A DNA stretch of 63,581 nt, counting the filler, from Choristocarpus tenellus KU-1152 (Eukaryota > Protista > Phaeophyceae), in assembly GCA_964200185.2 (NCBI GenBank). It is 11 parts of 11 records of this genome, joined end to end, with 100 filler letters (N's around TTAATTAATTAA, not from the genome) between each part and the next. Parts side by side here need not be neighbours in the genome. Positions count along the whole stretch, not along the records: positions 35,238 to 40,611 come from CAXNAD020010998.1; positions 40,712 to 43,558 come from CAXNAD020024228.1; positions 43,659 to 47,949 come from CAXNAD020015257.1; positions 48,050 to 55,052 come from CAXNAD020006885.1; 7 more parts are not named here. One strand, written 5' to 3'. A program made the translations under genes and the position numbers. This document shows positions 38,118-49,241 of the stretch, piece by piece (the stretch's first letter is position 1; each line of letters opens with the position of its first letter). A model generated the notes under the pieces. It did not search any database. It was given only the letters and a program-made list of their open reading frames with translations, and had not been told where the DNA came from.

Positions 38118-39965
38118 ATGAGATGTCGTGGTGCTGTGACCATGGCGAGGGGATGTATGATCATGCGGATGTGGGTTGCCGTCGCTTCATTTACAGGTAG
38201 GTTCAGAATTCGTGTTGTACCTCACTTTATTGGCTCCGAAGGATGGACAACCCTCGAAAGTCTTGGGTGGAATGGTGTGAGGGTTTGGTGTCAAAAGGCG
38301 TTAGGTCTGAAGTAGGAGGTGACCGATGCCTTTCTTGCATTTATGTTGGTTGCATAGTGGAGAACGCACTAGTTGGAAGGATGTCTGATGAATTTTGATC
38401 TGTGGCTCCTTCTCCTCAATGCACGTTGCAACTCTCCCCTCGCTGGGTCTCATCATCACAAGCGTCACCCTTCGCTGGTGCCAATCAGCTCTCTAACATC
38501 GAGAAGCGGCATCGTGAGGTGGGTCTACGCCCCATTTTTTAACCTTCTTCGAAAATTTTCTCAATGCCGGTGTGCTTACTCGTGCCATGATACTTAACTT
38601 CAGGCCAGCCTATCTGTAGGTCATTTGGTGCTGGACAAATATCCGACTAATAGGAGTGTGAATCAACATCAGGAATTGTGTATTCTATAAGCCATCATCC
38701 TATCCCTGAACTTGCCTTGAATGCTTTCAAAGGCAGTCAACAGGCACCTACTCTGTGCAATGCCAGACAACCCATCCACTCTACGATCGCGCAGTCCTTA
38801 CCAATCCCTGCCCCAACTTTTCCTCCTGGCCTATTTTAGTTGAGGGATGAGACTAGTACTTTGTTTGCAGAGATGAAAGATATAGTGGTGAATCAGCACA
38901 CTGAGTTGCTTGCGTGCCAGGCCGCGCTCCATCTTCAGGATCCAGGGGACGCAGAGACAGGTAGGTGTGTTGAACAGAACAAGTTTGAAGAGGTGGTTAA
39001 GGGTTGCCTCGAAATATGGACCCTATTTGCTGGAGTTTGGAATGAATCGAAGTTGGTTGTGGCTTTTAGAAAGACTTATCTCCAGTGAGACCAGACCCCG
39101 CTGAAAAGCATTGCTCCTTTGGTGGCAGTATTGTCGAGAGGGTTATAGAAGTGGGGCTTCCTGATTGGATGGAAGGCTAACAATGCAATCCTGACAGGCA
39201 TAGGGCAAGTAAAGTGTTGCAAGAATTGCTGGACAAGGCCGCCTGCCTGCCAAAGCATATCGTAATCGTGGTATTTGTACCGCAACATCAATAGAACTCG
39301 GTGCATACGTAGCCTTTCCCGTACGGCCCTAACAGTTTCCTTCTTGTGTGTCCACAAACATCACATCACACGAAGATCAAAAAATAAAACTCCCTGTTAC
39401 AATTTCTCATCACAATAGCAATAAGATCGACTGGGCTTAGGGTTTGTTACGAGCCTTTGAGTGCAAAATCGAGTAAGATACAATGCAGGAGGAAAAATCT
39501 CCTTCCTTGGGGCTTAGGGTTAGGGTTAGGTTTAGGTTCCTTTCTGCTCTAGCGACACTGTGATACTTTTCAATGTTTCCATGGGTCCCCAAAAAACGTC
39601 GGCGATGTGTGATCCTCACAGCATTGATAATAAAAAAATTCTTGGCAGCAGCAGGAGAACTCGAGAGCTGCACGGACAACAGCTTCCAAAGAGAGCAGGA
39701 AGGCGTTTCTGACACTGGCTCTTTATCCTCTCCTGTTGCGGCATCGACACTGGTGGAAGAACGAGTTCCGAAGCGCCCGAACAGCAACGACATTCCTACG
39801 CTGGGGGGAGGGGGTGGGGGCGGCGAGGAGAAGGCGGATTTTGCTAATTACTTTTCGTCTTACTCGGAGTTGGACCACCAAAAGGTCATGCTGATGGACC
39901 GTAGGAGGATGGACTCATACCGCAATGCCATGGTCATGAACAAAGACGCCTTCCAGGGCAAGACG
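38118..39965 (+). CDS. PRMT10: Protein arginine N-methyltransferase, PRMT10-like, 3'-incomplete
   Basis: Core exon 39622-39965: DFANYFSSYSELDHQKVMLMDRRRMDSYRNAMVMNKDAFQGKT, ending at a donor just before motif I (VLDVG). The upstream exons 38118-38196, 38463-38518 and 38840-38960 chain in phase (1,0,1) but are less certain. Confidence 0.8.
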
Positions 39966-40435
39966 GTGAGGGATGTGGGGGGCTCGATGGGACTGACACC
40001 GGACACCTGCGTTAACTACTACTGTTTGAGATTTATGTTGTTCAGATATTGATGTTATCTTAAAAACGGTTTTTGTAGTGGTAGGTTGTAGTGGGTTGGG
40101 GTTGGGGTTGGGGTTCAGGTGGAGTGGTGGTGAGATTGAGTGTATATCCCATTGGTCTGTTGTTACTTGGGAGGCGTTGTGCGCAGTTAACCCTAACCCT
40201 TAGAAGGGTGTTACTGTAGACAAGAAGACTAGATGTGGATGGATATGTTGCTCGCTGAAAGCGCCCTCGACGGTGCTCAAAACACATAGGCAGTCATGGG
40301 CAGTGGGCCTTAGGGGGGCTTCAAGCTTGATGATTCCACCGGCTTAGATGGTATAGCTCACCTCGATGTGCATATCGTGCATATCGTGCTTTCGCAAAGA
40401 AATTGTTTTTTTGCAGGGTATTCTACAACTGTTAC

Positions 40436-40611
40436 GGGTCAAAGTATCGGGGGGGGGGGGGTCGGCGTCTGTTTTTCACCCTTTTTCCGATTTTCACTTT
40501 TTGGGTGTGATTTGGTCGCATGTGTCGGATTTGAAATGTCTGGAAAAAATATATATATTTGACCGAAACGGACACCCCCTCGCCAAACCCCCCACCCCCC
40601 CCCCCCACAAC
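40436..40611 (-). mobile_element. MITE-like family A variant, cut by contig end
   Basis: GGGTCAAAGTATCGGGGG...TTTTTGGGTGTGATTTGGTCGCATGTGTCGGAT...GGACACCC. Confidence 0.75.
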
Positions 40612-40711
40612 NNNNNNNNNNNNNNNNNNNNNNNNNNNNNNNNNNNNNNNNNNNNTTAATTAATTAANNNNNNNNNNNNNNNNNNNNNNNNNNNNNNNNN
40701 NNNNNNNNNNN

Positions 40712-40755
40712 GTGAAAAACGGATGCCAACCCCCCCCCCCCAGATACTTTGACCC
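40712..40755 (+). mobile_element. MITE-like family A variant terminus at contig start
   Basis: GTGAAAAACGGATGCCAAC-polyC-AGATACTTTGACCC, a near reverse complement of 40436-40478, so a separate copy. Confidence 0.75.
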
Positions 40756-41059
40756 ATCAAGAGGGTGAAGCAGGAGAGACCTATTCCAGAAGGCTACAGT
40801 TCCATGGTTGGGATTTGGTGGGTGGCAATTATGTTACATGCGATAAGTGCAATAGTTTTTTCTCGCACTCTACCTGGTGCGAGCAGTAGACGTGCGAGTG
40901 GAACCCCAAAAGGGGGAACTCTGATCTGCTAAAGGTTGCAGAGTAAGATTTGTTTGCTTAAGAATAAAATGGTTTTCAGGTCTATGACTTCGATCAGTCA
41001 CTCTCTTTTAATCCATGAGTCATACACTTACATTAATTGAGAGTATTCCTTCACATGTT

Positions 41060-41199
41060 GACCTGATATTTACCATCCTTGTTGGACCTTTTGACTGTCG
41101 GAGATCTCAGGAGTCCTGTACAGGCATGAGCACTATCTATGTGCCTGTGGATTGGAGCTATACATCCCGTGGAGGTAAGCTTTGGAGTGTGTTGTAACA
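41060..41199 (+). repeat. Dispersed repeat ending TGTAACA (probable solo-LTR 3' part); second copy at 52313-52451
   Basis: GTGGA(T/C)TGGA..TA.AC.T.CCGTGGAGGTAAGCT.TGGAG.G..TTGTAACA is shared by both copies. Confidence 0.6.
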
Positions 41200-41815
41200 A
41201 TGATGACTAGGCCTGATGTACCTTTTGTAGTCTGAGAGTTGGCATCATGTAGTGTGGAGAAATCCGAGTTGGTTTGATTGGCCAAATGCTGAGAGAGTGA
41301 TAGGGTATATGTTGGATACTAGAGAGAATGACATTACTTTTGGAGACATTGAGTTACACTAGAATGTACTGAGGGACGCTTATATAGTAACTGGAAGGAG
41401 CGTAGATTGCATCTGGTGGTATAGCGATGTTTGCGGCAGGATGTGTGGACTGGTGGTCGAGAAAGCCTAAAACGGATACACTATCAACTGCTGAGGCTGA
41501 GTATTTGTACATGTTCTGCAACCGCTTAATGAGGGTTAATCTATATCAGTGTTTGAGGGTAGTGATGATATCATTAAGATTTGCTCAGAAGGCTGTATCT
41601 GGGGTGAGGACAAAGCACACAAATGTAAGATACCACTATGTAGGCTTGTTGGAGAAGGAAGGGAAGATTGCAATTGGATATTTACCCACTAATTTTCAAT
41701 ATGCGTATTTAGTTGTAAGGGGTCCGTCAAAGGGATACTTCAATAGGCATTTTTGTACTACCACGTGTAGATTGAAGAGATACTTCTTTTTTTTTGCATG
41801 CTTTGGAGGGATTGA
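41200..41815 (+). mobile_element. Ty1/copia RT-RNase H remnant with polypurine tract
   Basis: MTRPDV...ERVIGY; CVDWWSRK..TLSTAEAEY; RTKHTNVRYHYV; IGYLPT; then GGAGGGA-TTGA (PPT/LTR-start-like) near 41805. Confidence 0.85.
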
Positions 41816-41955
41816 GGATTTTTTTTCACTAAAGTAGATATGCGTATCAAGATTAGCTTTCAATTCTTGTATCAAGGTAGATTATGTAAGAAACGTCAGG
41901 TTGATATAAGAGGAAAAGATTGTAATCTGAAGAGTAGAAGATATGTATCGGTTGA

Positions 41956-41986
<31 letters not shown>

Positions 41987-42212
41987 TTATGAAGAATTCA
42001 GGAATACGAAACATTGTCGAAAGTATTCGATGGCGAGTATTCAGTGATTATTGATCCACAGAATAAGATTGATTGGCAAAAAGGGAGTCCCCCTTAAGGG
42101 GGTGAAGGCTCAACCCTCTCTCCTTCCTCGCTTCATCTACATCCTGTCCAACCCAGGAAGGAATTAATCAATAGACTATTACACAAAAGTCGTGGAAACA
42201 AAATTTTCTTTA

Positions 42213-43530
42213 TCAGTAACTCTTTGAAGGCCCCTGGATCAAACATAATATCTCCAATCTAAACACTCCCATCTGTTTATTGTCGATCATGGCACTCAAG
42301 GGAAAGTTCAATCTCTGTGTTCCTCTCTTCCTCTTCCTGGGTAGTGTCACTGCTCCAATTAACGCCTCCGTCTCATTTGGGGGCTTGCCCTCCTCTGTGA
42401 CAAATATAATGCTGTCACAGTTCAAGCTTCCTTCAAAAGTTGGCGAATCGTCATTCTTATATAGTCCACACTTATCGCATTTGACATGAGTCCTGAAAGT
42501 GTTGACATGAGATCCAGCCCTGTCATACCTGGTACGGGACCCAGTCATGGTTTGGCTAGTACCCCTAATTGGTCAAAATATTATTTGCAATGAAAGTGCT
42601 CTCTCAGCCTCATCACGGTCCTCTGCTTCCTCCTGTTGAGACAAATATCTGAACTGGACTACGTTCTGGATCATTGCCCGTGTTCACCCTTCTTTTCCAT
42701 GATGCTGTATATAGTGCTTAGTTATTGCGTAGTCGTCATCCGATCAGTCCAGCATGGTAATTTGTGGTATTGGTTAGGACATATTATGCCACATCATCGC
42801 CAGCTGGTCAACCCAGTTCAATATGGTGGTGAAGGTTACCTGGGATTTTGCGTCCCTCGGCATTTTGACAGTCAATACGAAATTTTGGACCTCTCAATTT
42901 CTTCATCCGACTGAAGCGGAAAGTATTCCTTCAGTTGCTTCCATACTTCTGAAGGAGACGCTGCATTGTGGACTATACATATTATATTGAATCCACTTGT
43001 ATTCCTAAATTGACTACCAGAGCCCTCCTTTGTTTTGACGACATCTTCTTCAATCTCCCGTTCCCCCTTGATGAAGTTGACGTCACCCACACGAAGAGGG
43101 CCCACCGTATCCTCCAAAACTGAGTCCATGTCGCCCTTCGGAACCAAGAAGGCACGCATTGTGGTCAACCAGTCGGCATAGTTTTCATCTGGTAATTTGT
43201 GGAGTTTCGTCTGTTATCCCTGTAAGGTCACAGGTACGGACTACCCTCCCAGCCACTCCAGTCCTAGCTGGCTCCTCCAGCTGGAGTAGTTCGTGACACT
43301 TAAGTGTGTTGGAAAGCTTTGCGTATAAAAGCTCGTTGCTGAGAACTAACTGCTGGGTATATAGGTAGTATTTCGGTAGAATATTAACCTTGCTTTACTG
43401 TCAGCCTTTATAGCCACTCATCAGGCTCATCATACCACTCTGTATGGTACTACTATCTGCTGTACCAAATATACCATAGACAAACATGAAAACTGTCACA
43501 ATATGCTATATGCTTGTACCAGCACATACA
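42213..43530 (-). mobile_element. Ty1/copia 5' remnant (putative LTR + gag)
   Basis: ENYADWLTTMRAFL..KG, SPSEVWKQLKEYF and KCDKCG (zinc knuckle start) are gag-like. A candidate LTR end (CCAACA on the minus strand) lies near 43307. Confidence 0.65.
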
Positions 43531-43533
43531 TCA

Positions 43534-43558
43534 GACCCAAAGTATCCGAGAGGGGGGG
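43534..43558 (+). mobile_element. MITE-like family A terminus at contig end
   Basis: GACCCAAAGTATCCGAGAGGGGGGG. Confidence 0.65.
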
Positions 43559-44390
43559 NNNNNNNNNNNNNNNNNNNNNNNNNNNNNNNNNNNNNNNNNN
43601 NNTTAATTAATTAANNNNNNNNNNNNNNNNNNNNNNNNNNNNNNNNNNNNNNNNNNNNAAAAAGAAAAAAGCAAGAGGGGGGGGGGGGGAAGGGGGTCGT
43701 AGTGGTAAATACATACATTAAATGAAGAAGAAACACGCCCTCCATGTGTTGGTGCTGATGAGGGGAATCAGATAATCGTACTGTGGTGGGGGTGGTGATA
43801 TTTTGCACTCACTAAAATTTGTACTTTTAAAAAGCATCATCAAACGCACACAACTTTGCAGAATTAAACCTTCAGATTTCACGATCAACAACCCAACAAA
43901 ATCGATGCGTGCATTGCAGCGCTTGTATCACCAGGCCAGGCGCACCCCTTGGAAACTCTTTTTAACTTCAATAGTGACACTTCAACTTTCTGACACAGAA
44001 GAACGAACCGAGAACGGACTGCTGCATACAGCAGTTGAAGAGTAAAATTCAAAAAATACTGAAAAGGTAGGTCCCAAGCAAGCAAGCGACGCGATGCGAT
44101 GCGATGCGAACCGGAAGCGTTTCATGTGCAGCAAAATAAAATAAAATCAGCTCAGGAGATTTGAATGCACTAAATGATGCAATCCAAGCGCAAGGGAACC
44201 GTCACCCGCACCCACACATAGATCCTTCACACGCACAGGAAAGGTCTCCCTCGATCTTTCAAGTTTTGAGCGCTCTTGATCTCACTGATTCGTATCGATC
44301 GAACCTTCTATGATTCACAGCAAACGCTCCAGGTATGTATACATAAAGCATACATACATACACATATATACATTGATGTATACATACATA

Positions 44391-44422
<32 letters not shown>

Positions 44423-44825
44423 CTGTATATAATCCAACCCTTGTGAGAAACATGTTCACGATCGACTGTTATCGATGCCTTGTGTACACATAGTAAAACA
44501 GAAAAAGCGTTTACGCATCCTCTTAAAAAAAAAAGAAGACATTATCAAAACAGTTCGCCGGAGGTCATCATGTGAAACGGGGGAGGAAGATAAAACTGGC
44601 GTCCAGAAGGGGGATATTTCCTATGCACCTTATAGTTGCACAATAAATAATAATAATAATAATAACAATAATAATAATGACAACACTGTTTACCAGAAAC
44701 ACACAATACATGTATATATAATACATTATGTATGTATATATATATATATCGGACCATATTGGTACAGAAACAGTTGTCTATCCCACGGAGAAAAAAAAAA
44801 AAACGAGTGCGGGCGAAAAAACGAT

Positions 44826-44871
44826 TGGATGATGTGGGTATCGATCCCCCTACTTCTTCCATGCTAAGGAA
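44826..44871 (-). pseudogene. tRNA-Ala(AGC) 3' half
   Basis: TTCC-TTAGCAT-GGAA anticodon arm, T arm GGGGG-ATCGATA-CCCAC, 3' acceptor ATCATCC-A, then TTTTTT four nt later. The D arm and 5' acceptor strand are absent. Confidence 0.75.
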
Positions 44872-45757
44872 AAAAAATCGGTCTATACCCTTCGTTGACG
44901 TACTTACGTTTTTGGACAGTTGAGGACAGATGTACAACTCTTAAGGTGTTTGCGGTGCGCGTGTCAATAAAAGGTACTCAACATACATACCAGGCATTAC
45001 ACACAACATACAAACACACACACACACACACACACTTTGATGTAACATACACACACATTGAAAGGAACTGCCAGACAAAAACAGGTGATCTTCTCGGAGT
45101 TGCAAAATGGAAAACATCCCCATCACCCCTCTCAACCAGTGCTATGCTCTCAAACCCTTCAGGGGCGTTGGAGGAGTCGACTTCCTCTTCCTCCCTCCTC
45201 CCACCAAGTGTTCCCACTGAGCACAACCCACTAAATACATTCTCTTTTCAGTTGCCACCTTTTGTGTTTGTGGTATGTATGTTGATGTTGTTCTCTGAGG
45301 GCAAGCAGGGGCGGAGTTGACATTGAGCTCAGCAAGCCATAGCATCATTCATCCCTTGCTATTGATTCTTCTTTTTATTTTCCAGGGTTCTATATATATA
45401 TATATATATATCCCACTCAAGCCAACAAGGGTCGTATCATTCCACCCCCAACAAACATTTCAGTCACTCCTCAGCTCAACACCTACAGATAATGCTCAGG
45501 AGGCATTGTCGGCATTGTACACCAACCTCACCTCCTCCGCTGAGGCTTAACCAGCCCTGGTTGTCTGAGTTCTGTCAAAATGTCTGTATCTTTCAACCTG
45601 TCCACAGAAGTGAGATCCGGTCCATGAACAATCTTCATTATAGAGTTTGAAGCTTCCTTGGTCCCCCTCTGTTTCCCCCATCCTTCCCTGGTTCAAGACA
45701 GGTGTTTTGATACTTTACATCTCCCCTGGTGCTGCTACTCGCCGCAAAGGATTATGT

Positions 45758-46485
45758 AAGGTATACCTTTTAATCGCATATAGATCCGATAAGGTATACT
45801 AGTAACACTCATATATATACAGGTAGTGGTATATTTGTATATCGGCGGTGTACCTTTAAATGTCATACAGATCCAATAAGGTGTACCACCACCAACACCC
45901 ATATAAACACAGGTAGTGAAATATTTGTATATCTGCTGTGTACCTTTAAATGTCATACAGATCCAATAAGGTATACCACCAATAACAGACATACATACAC
46001 AGGTAGTGGTATATTTGTATATCGGCGGTGTACCTTTTAATGTCATACAGATCCAAAAAGGTACACCACCAATAACATATATATACAGGTAGTGGTATGT
46101 ATATCGGTGGTGTACCCTTAAATGTCATACAGATCCAATAAGGTATACCATCAATAACACATATAAACACAGGTAGTGAAATATTTGTATATCGGTGGTG
46201 TACCTTTTAATGTCATACAGATCCAATAAGGTATACCACCAATAACAGACATACATATACAGGTAGTGGTATATTTGTATATCGGTGGTGTACCATTAAA
46301 TGTCATACAGATCCGATAAGGTATACCATCAGTAACACATATATACACAGGTAGTGAAATATGTATATTGGCGGTGTACCTTTTAATGTCATACATATCC
46401 AATAAGGTATACCATCAATAACACACATATATAGGTAGTGAAATATTTGTATATTGGTGGTACACCTTTTAATGTCATACAGATC
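45758..46485. repeat. Minisatellite, about 8 copies of 82-90 bp
   Basis: AAGGTATACCACCAATAAC...AGGTAGTG..ATATTTGTATATCGG.GGTGTACCTTT.AATGTCATACAGATCCAAT units. Confidence 0.95.
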
Positions 46486-47410
46486 GGGCGATCGCCCCAA
46501 CCATCTGGTTGGCAGGAATCTCTGGTCTTGCAGTGTTGTGCATAGATATGAATAACGTAGTACGTAGGTAGGTTACTCAGGTGTACCTGATGCACTGAAA
46601 AAGGAATAGACCAATCAACCCCTGGAGGGCGATTTCGAATGCTAAGCGCACTGGATGAAGCGGGTTCCAGGTCCGTAACACCAGGGGGCATAGACAATTG
46701 TCAGACTGCGACCATACATACCAATACCAAGCACAGTGCGCTTGCCCCTCCCTACTTGGTTGGGTGGTGTCTATTGGTTAGGGGGGTTGGGTGATGGAGA
46801 CACTCCTCCTCGCCACCATTTACTTAGCTTGCAACAACCCATCCCAGGAACAGACTTTATGATTGTTGTTTTTATTTATCCATTTTTATTTTTTATGTTC
46901 TTATTGTTATTACATTAATTGACATGGTCGTTCCCTTAACGCCCAACCCACACGCTCGAGCGGCTCAGATCTCCGTACCGTACAATAAGAATTAAAAAAA
47001 AAGAAGCAGCACCAGTTGACTCAGGCGTGAGGCGTAAGTCCAATGTGTGAGAAATTCTACTCGGCAGATGGAACAAGAGCAGCAACGGGAGAGCGAAACT
47101 GCCAAAAGCACAGTGAATTGAAGTAACAACAAAGACAGAAGAGAGTAGTGGGGGTGTTTGTTTTTTTTCCTTTTGATTTTTCAAACAAATGACCGGGTTA
47201 CACACTCTCTCTGCTACATAGCCCCAGATTTCAGAACACAAAAAACACGAAACCCTTACACACTTTGGCTGGCACCCTTAAAAAAAAAATGTATATCCAG
47301 AAAAAAAAAACTAAACCACGCTGTTAGTTGCTACATACACAGATTGGCAACAAACAAAGACATTACTGTCCAGGCTACACATCGAACTGTTCTGTGATTG
47401 TCTTGAGAGA

Positions 47411-47500
47411 GGTACATGATTAAAAAATAGGGATACATGATTCAAAATAGGGGTACATGATGTAAAAATAGGGGTACATGGTTTAAGAAAAGGAGTACCA
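47411..47500. repeat. Short diverged tandem repeat (about 21 bp x 4)
   Basis: GGTACATGATT.AAAATAGG-like units. Confidence 0.7.
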
Positions 47501-47573
47501 TTTCAGGGGCAAGTGTCTAGGCACTGTCGTTCTTGGTATGCAGAACATACACAAGCCATCTTACGAACAGCAT

Positions 47574-47830
47574 GTACTACATGAACATAGTTATGTGTGT
47601 GTTAAGGGTACTACATGAACATAGTTATGTGTGTATGTTAAGGGTACTACATGAACATAATTATGTGTGTATGTTAAGGGTACTACATGAACATAATTAT
47701 GTGTGTATGTTAAGGGTGCTACATGAACATAGTTATTTGTGTATGTTAAGGGTGCTACATGAACATAATTATGTGTAGATGTTAAGGGTACTACATGAAC
47801 ATAGTTATGTGTAGATGTTAAGGGTACTAC
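47574..47830. repeat. Minisatellite, 7 x 36 bp
   Basis: GTACTACATGAACATA(G/A)TTATGTGTGTATGTTAAGG units; the first unit is 34 bp. Confidence 0.95.
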
Positions 47831-48049
47831 TGCAACACAATGACTATACCAATCTACACAGTACTCTCACTCTCAACACCATTCAGAAGACAACTTTTTG
47901 CTTTCACATTTCAACCAAGATGTATCTACACAAGAACATCCATAGGGGGNNNNNNNNNNNNNNNNNNNNNNNNNNNNNNNNNNNNNNNNNNNNTTAATTA
48001 ATTAANNNNNNNNNNNNNNNNNNNNNNNNNNNNNNNNNNNNNNNNNNNN

Positions 48050-48144
48050 TTTGGAGTGGGAAAATGTCATAAAAACCCTAAGGGAAGCTAAGCCCCAAAT
48101 GGACACACAGGGCAAAACTCGTACCCTCTAAGATCATTTCACTC
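48050..48144 (-). mobile_element. MITE-like family B copy, cut by contig start
   Basis: ...CAGGGCAAAACTCGTACCCTCTAAGATCATTTCACTC. Confidence 0.8.
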
Positions 48145-48699
48145 GATCTAGATCAAATTTTCGGCTCATACCACGAGATGCCCTTGCCCCCAGCTTTCAG
48201 CTCCTATTCGGAATACACTTTATCCAATTTGTGCAAGAATTACAAAAGTTGCGGTCATATTCCACTAGGTAGCCTATAGCTAGGGTTAATTCATTATCGT
48301 TATGAATAGTCTTGTTCGCTGTAAGGCAGAAGTCCACAACGGCAATGATACAGGCCATTGGATAAGTACCGAAAACATCCTCCATGATTATAACAATGCA
48401 ATCTTGAATTAGATATCATCTCAAGCTTGTCAGTTTCGAGACGTGCGTGAGGCAAGTATTGACCAGCAGGTCATAAGCAGGCTTGCCTTGATCAGATCGA
48501 ACTAAGTGATCGTGGAGATGCTCAAAGCCCCGTCAGATAATCGCAAGTCGGCACCAAAGATTATGAGTGATCCCACACATCACCACACCATCAAGGAGAT
48601 CAAGAACAACTCAAACCATTAAGTACACTGGTAATTGCAAAATGCTCAGGTACACCATATTTCGAAGAGGTGAGGTAGTTATAGACCTTCCGTTTATGG

Positions 48700-49241
48700 C
48701 ATGCTGACCAAGACACGAGACAGTGGTGTTGTAATTATCAATTCACGATCACAGCCATCTCCATTAAGGGTACCACGGCTACTCTGTAATCTGGTCGTTC
48801 GTCAAAGTCGTGTAATTCAGGCGTAATAGTTAGCAAGGCCGGTAGTACCTAGAACTAGGATTGATCATTCTGATACCAAACAGGGTCTTGAAGAACGAAC
48901 CAAACATGGGGTCAAGGAAAACAGTTTTTTTCAAGTGACATGGTGGGGCAAAAAACATCAACCATGTGCTAGTACAGCTCTTCCTCTTGCTTCTACCGGA
49001 AGTTACCTCATCATCTTCCTCAAAGCTTCCTCAAAGATTGGTGGGGGTGAATATTCTCCACAACACGTAAATGACTGAGGAAAGGGATTTTGTTGGTGCA
49101 CAGCAGACACGAATGGGATCCATGTCATTAACACACCTGGATGGAGTCACCCTCATTGACTTCAATTACTTCACCCACACCCGTGCGCAGCAGTGCGATA
49201 AGGACAGCGAGGACCGTGAAGAACGTCATGGCACTTCCCAT
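48700..49241 (-). pseudogene. Secreted protein first exon plus decayed downstream exon (possible right-handed beta-helix protein)
   Basis: Exon 49241-49137 MGSAMTFFTVLAVLIALLRTGVG-EVIEVNEGDSIQ ends at CAG|GT. A later segment near 48790-48740 (IT..SRGTLNGDGCDRELII) needs a frameshift. Confidence 0.4.

Noticed and set aside
46700-46980. 5S rRNA-like start (GACTGCGACCATAC)
   Set aside because: No downstream 5S conserved blocks or internal promoter boxes.
45735-47830. CRISPR-like arrays, or repeat-protein ORFs such as CMTLKGTPPIYKY and MLRVLHEHNYVC
   Set aside because: The units are head-to-tail with no unique spacers and there are no cas genes. The ORFs shift frame with unit length, so they are minisatellite translations.
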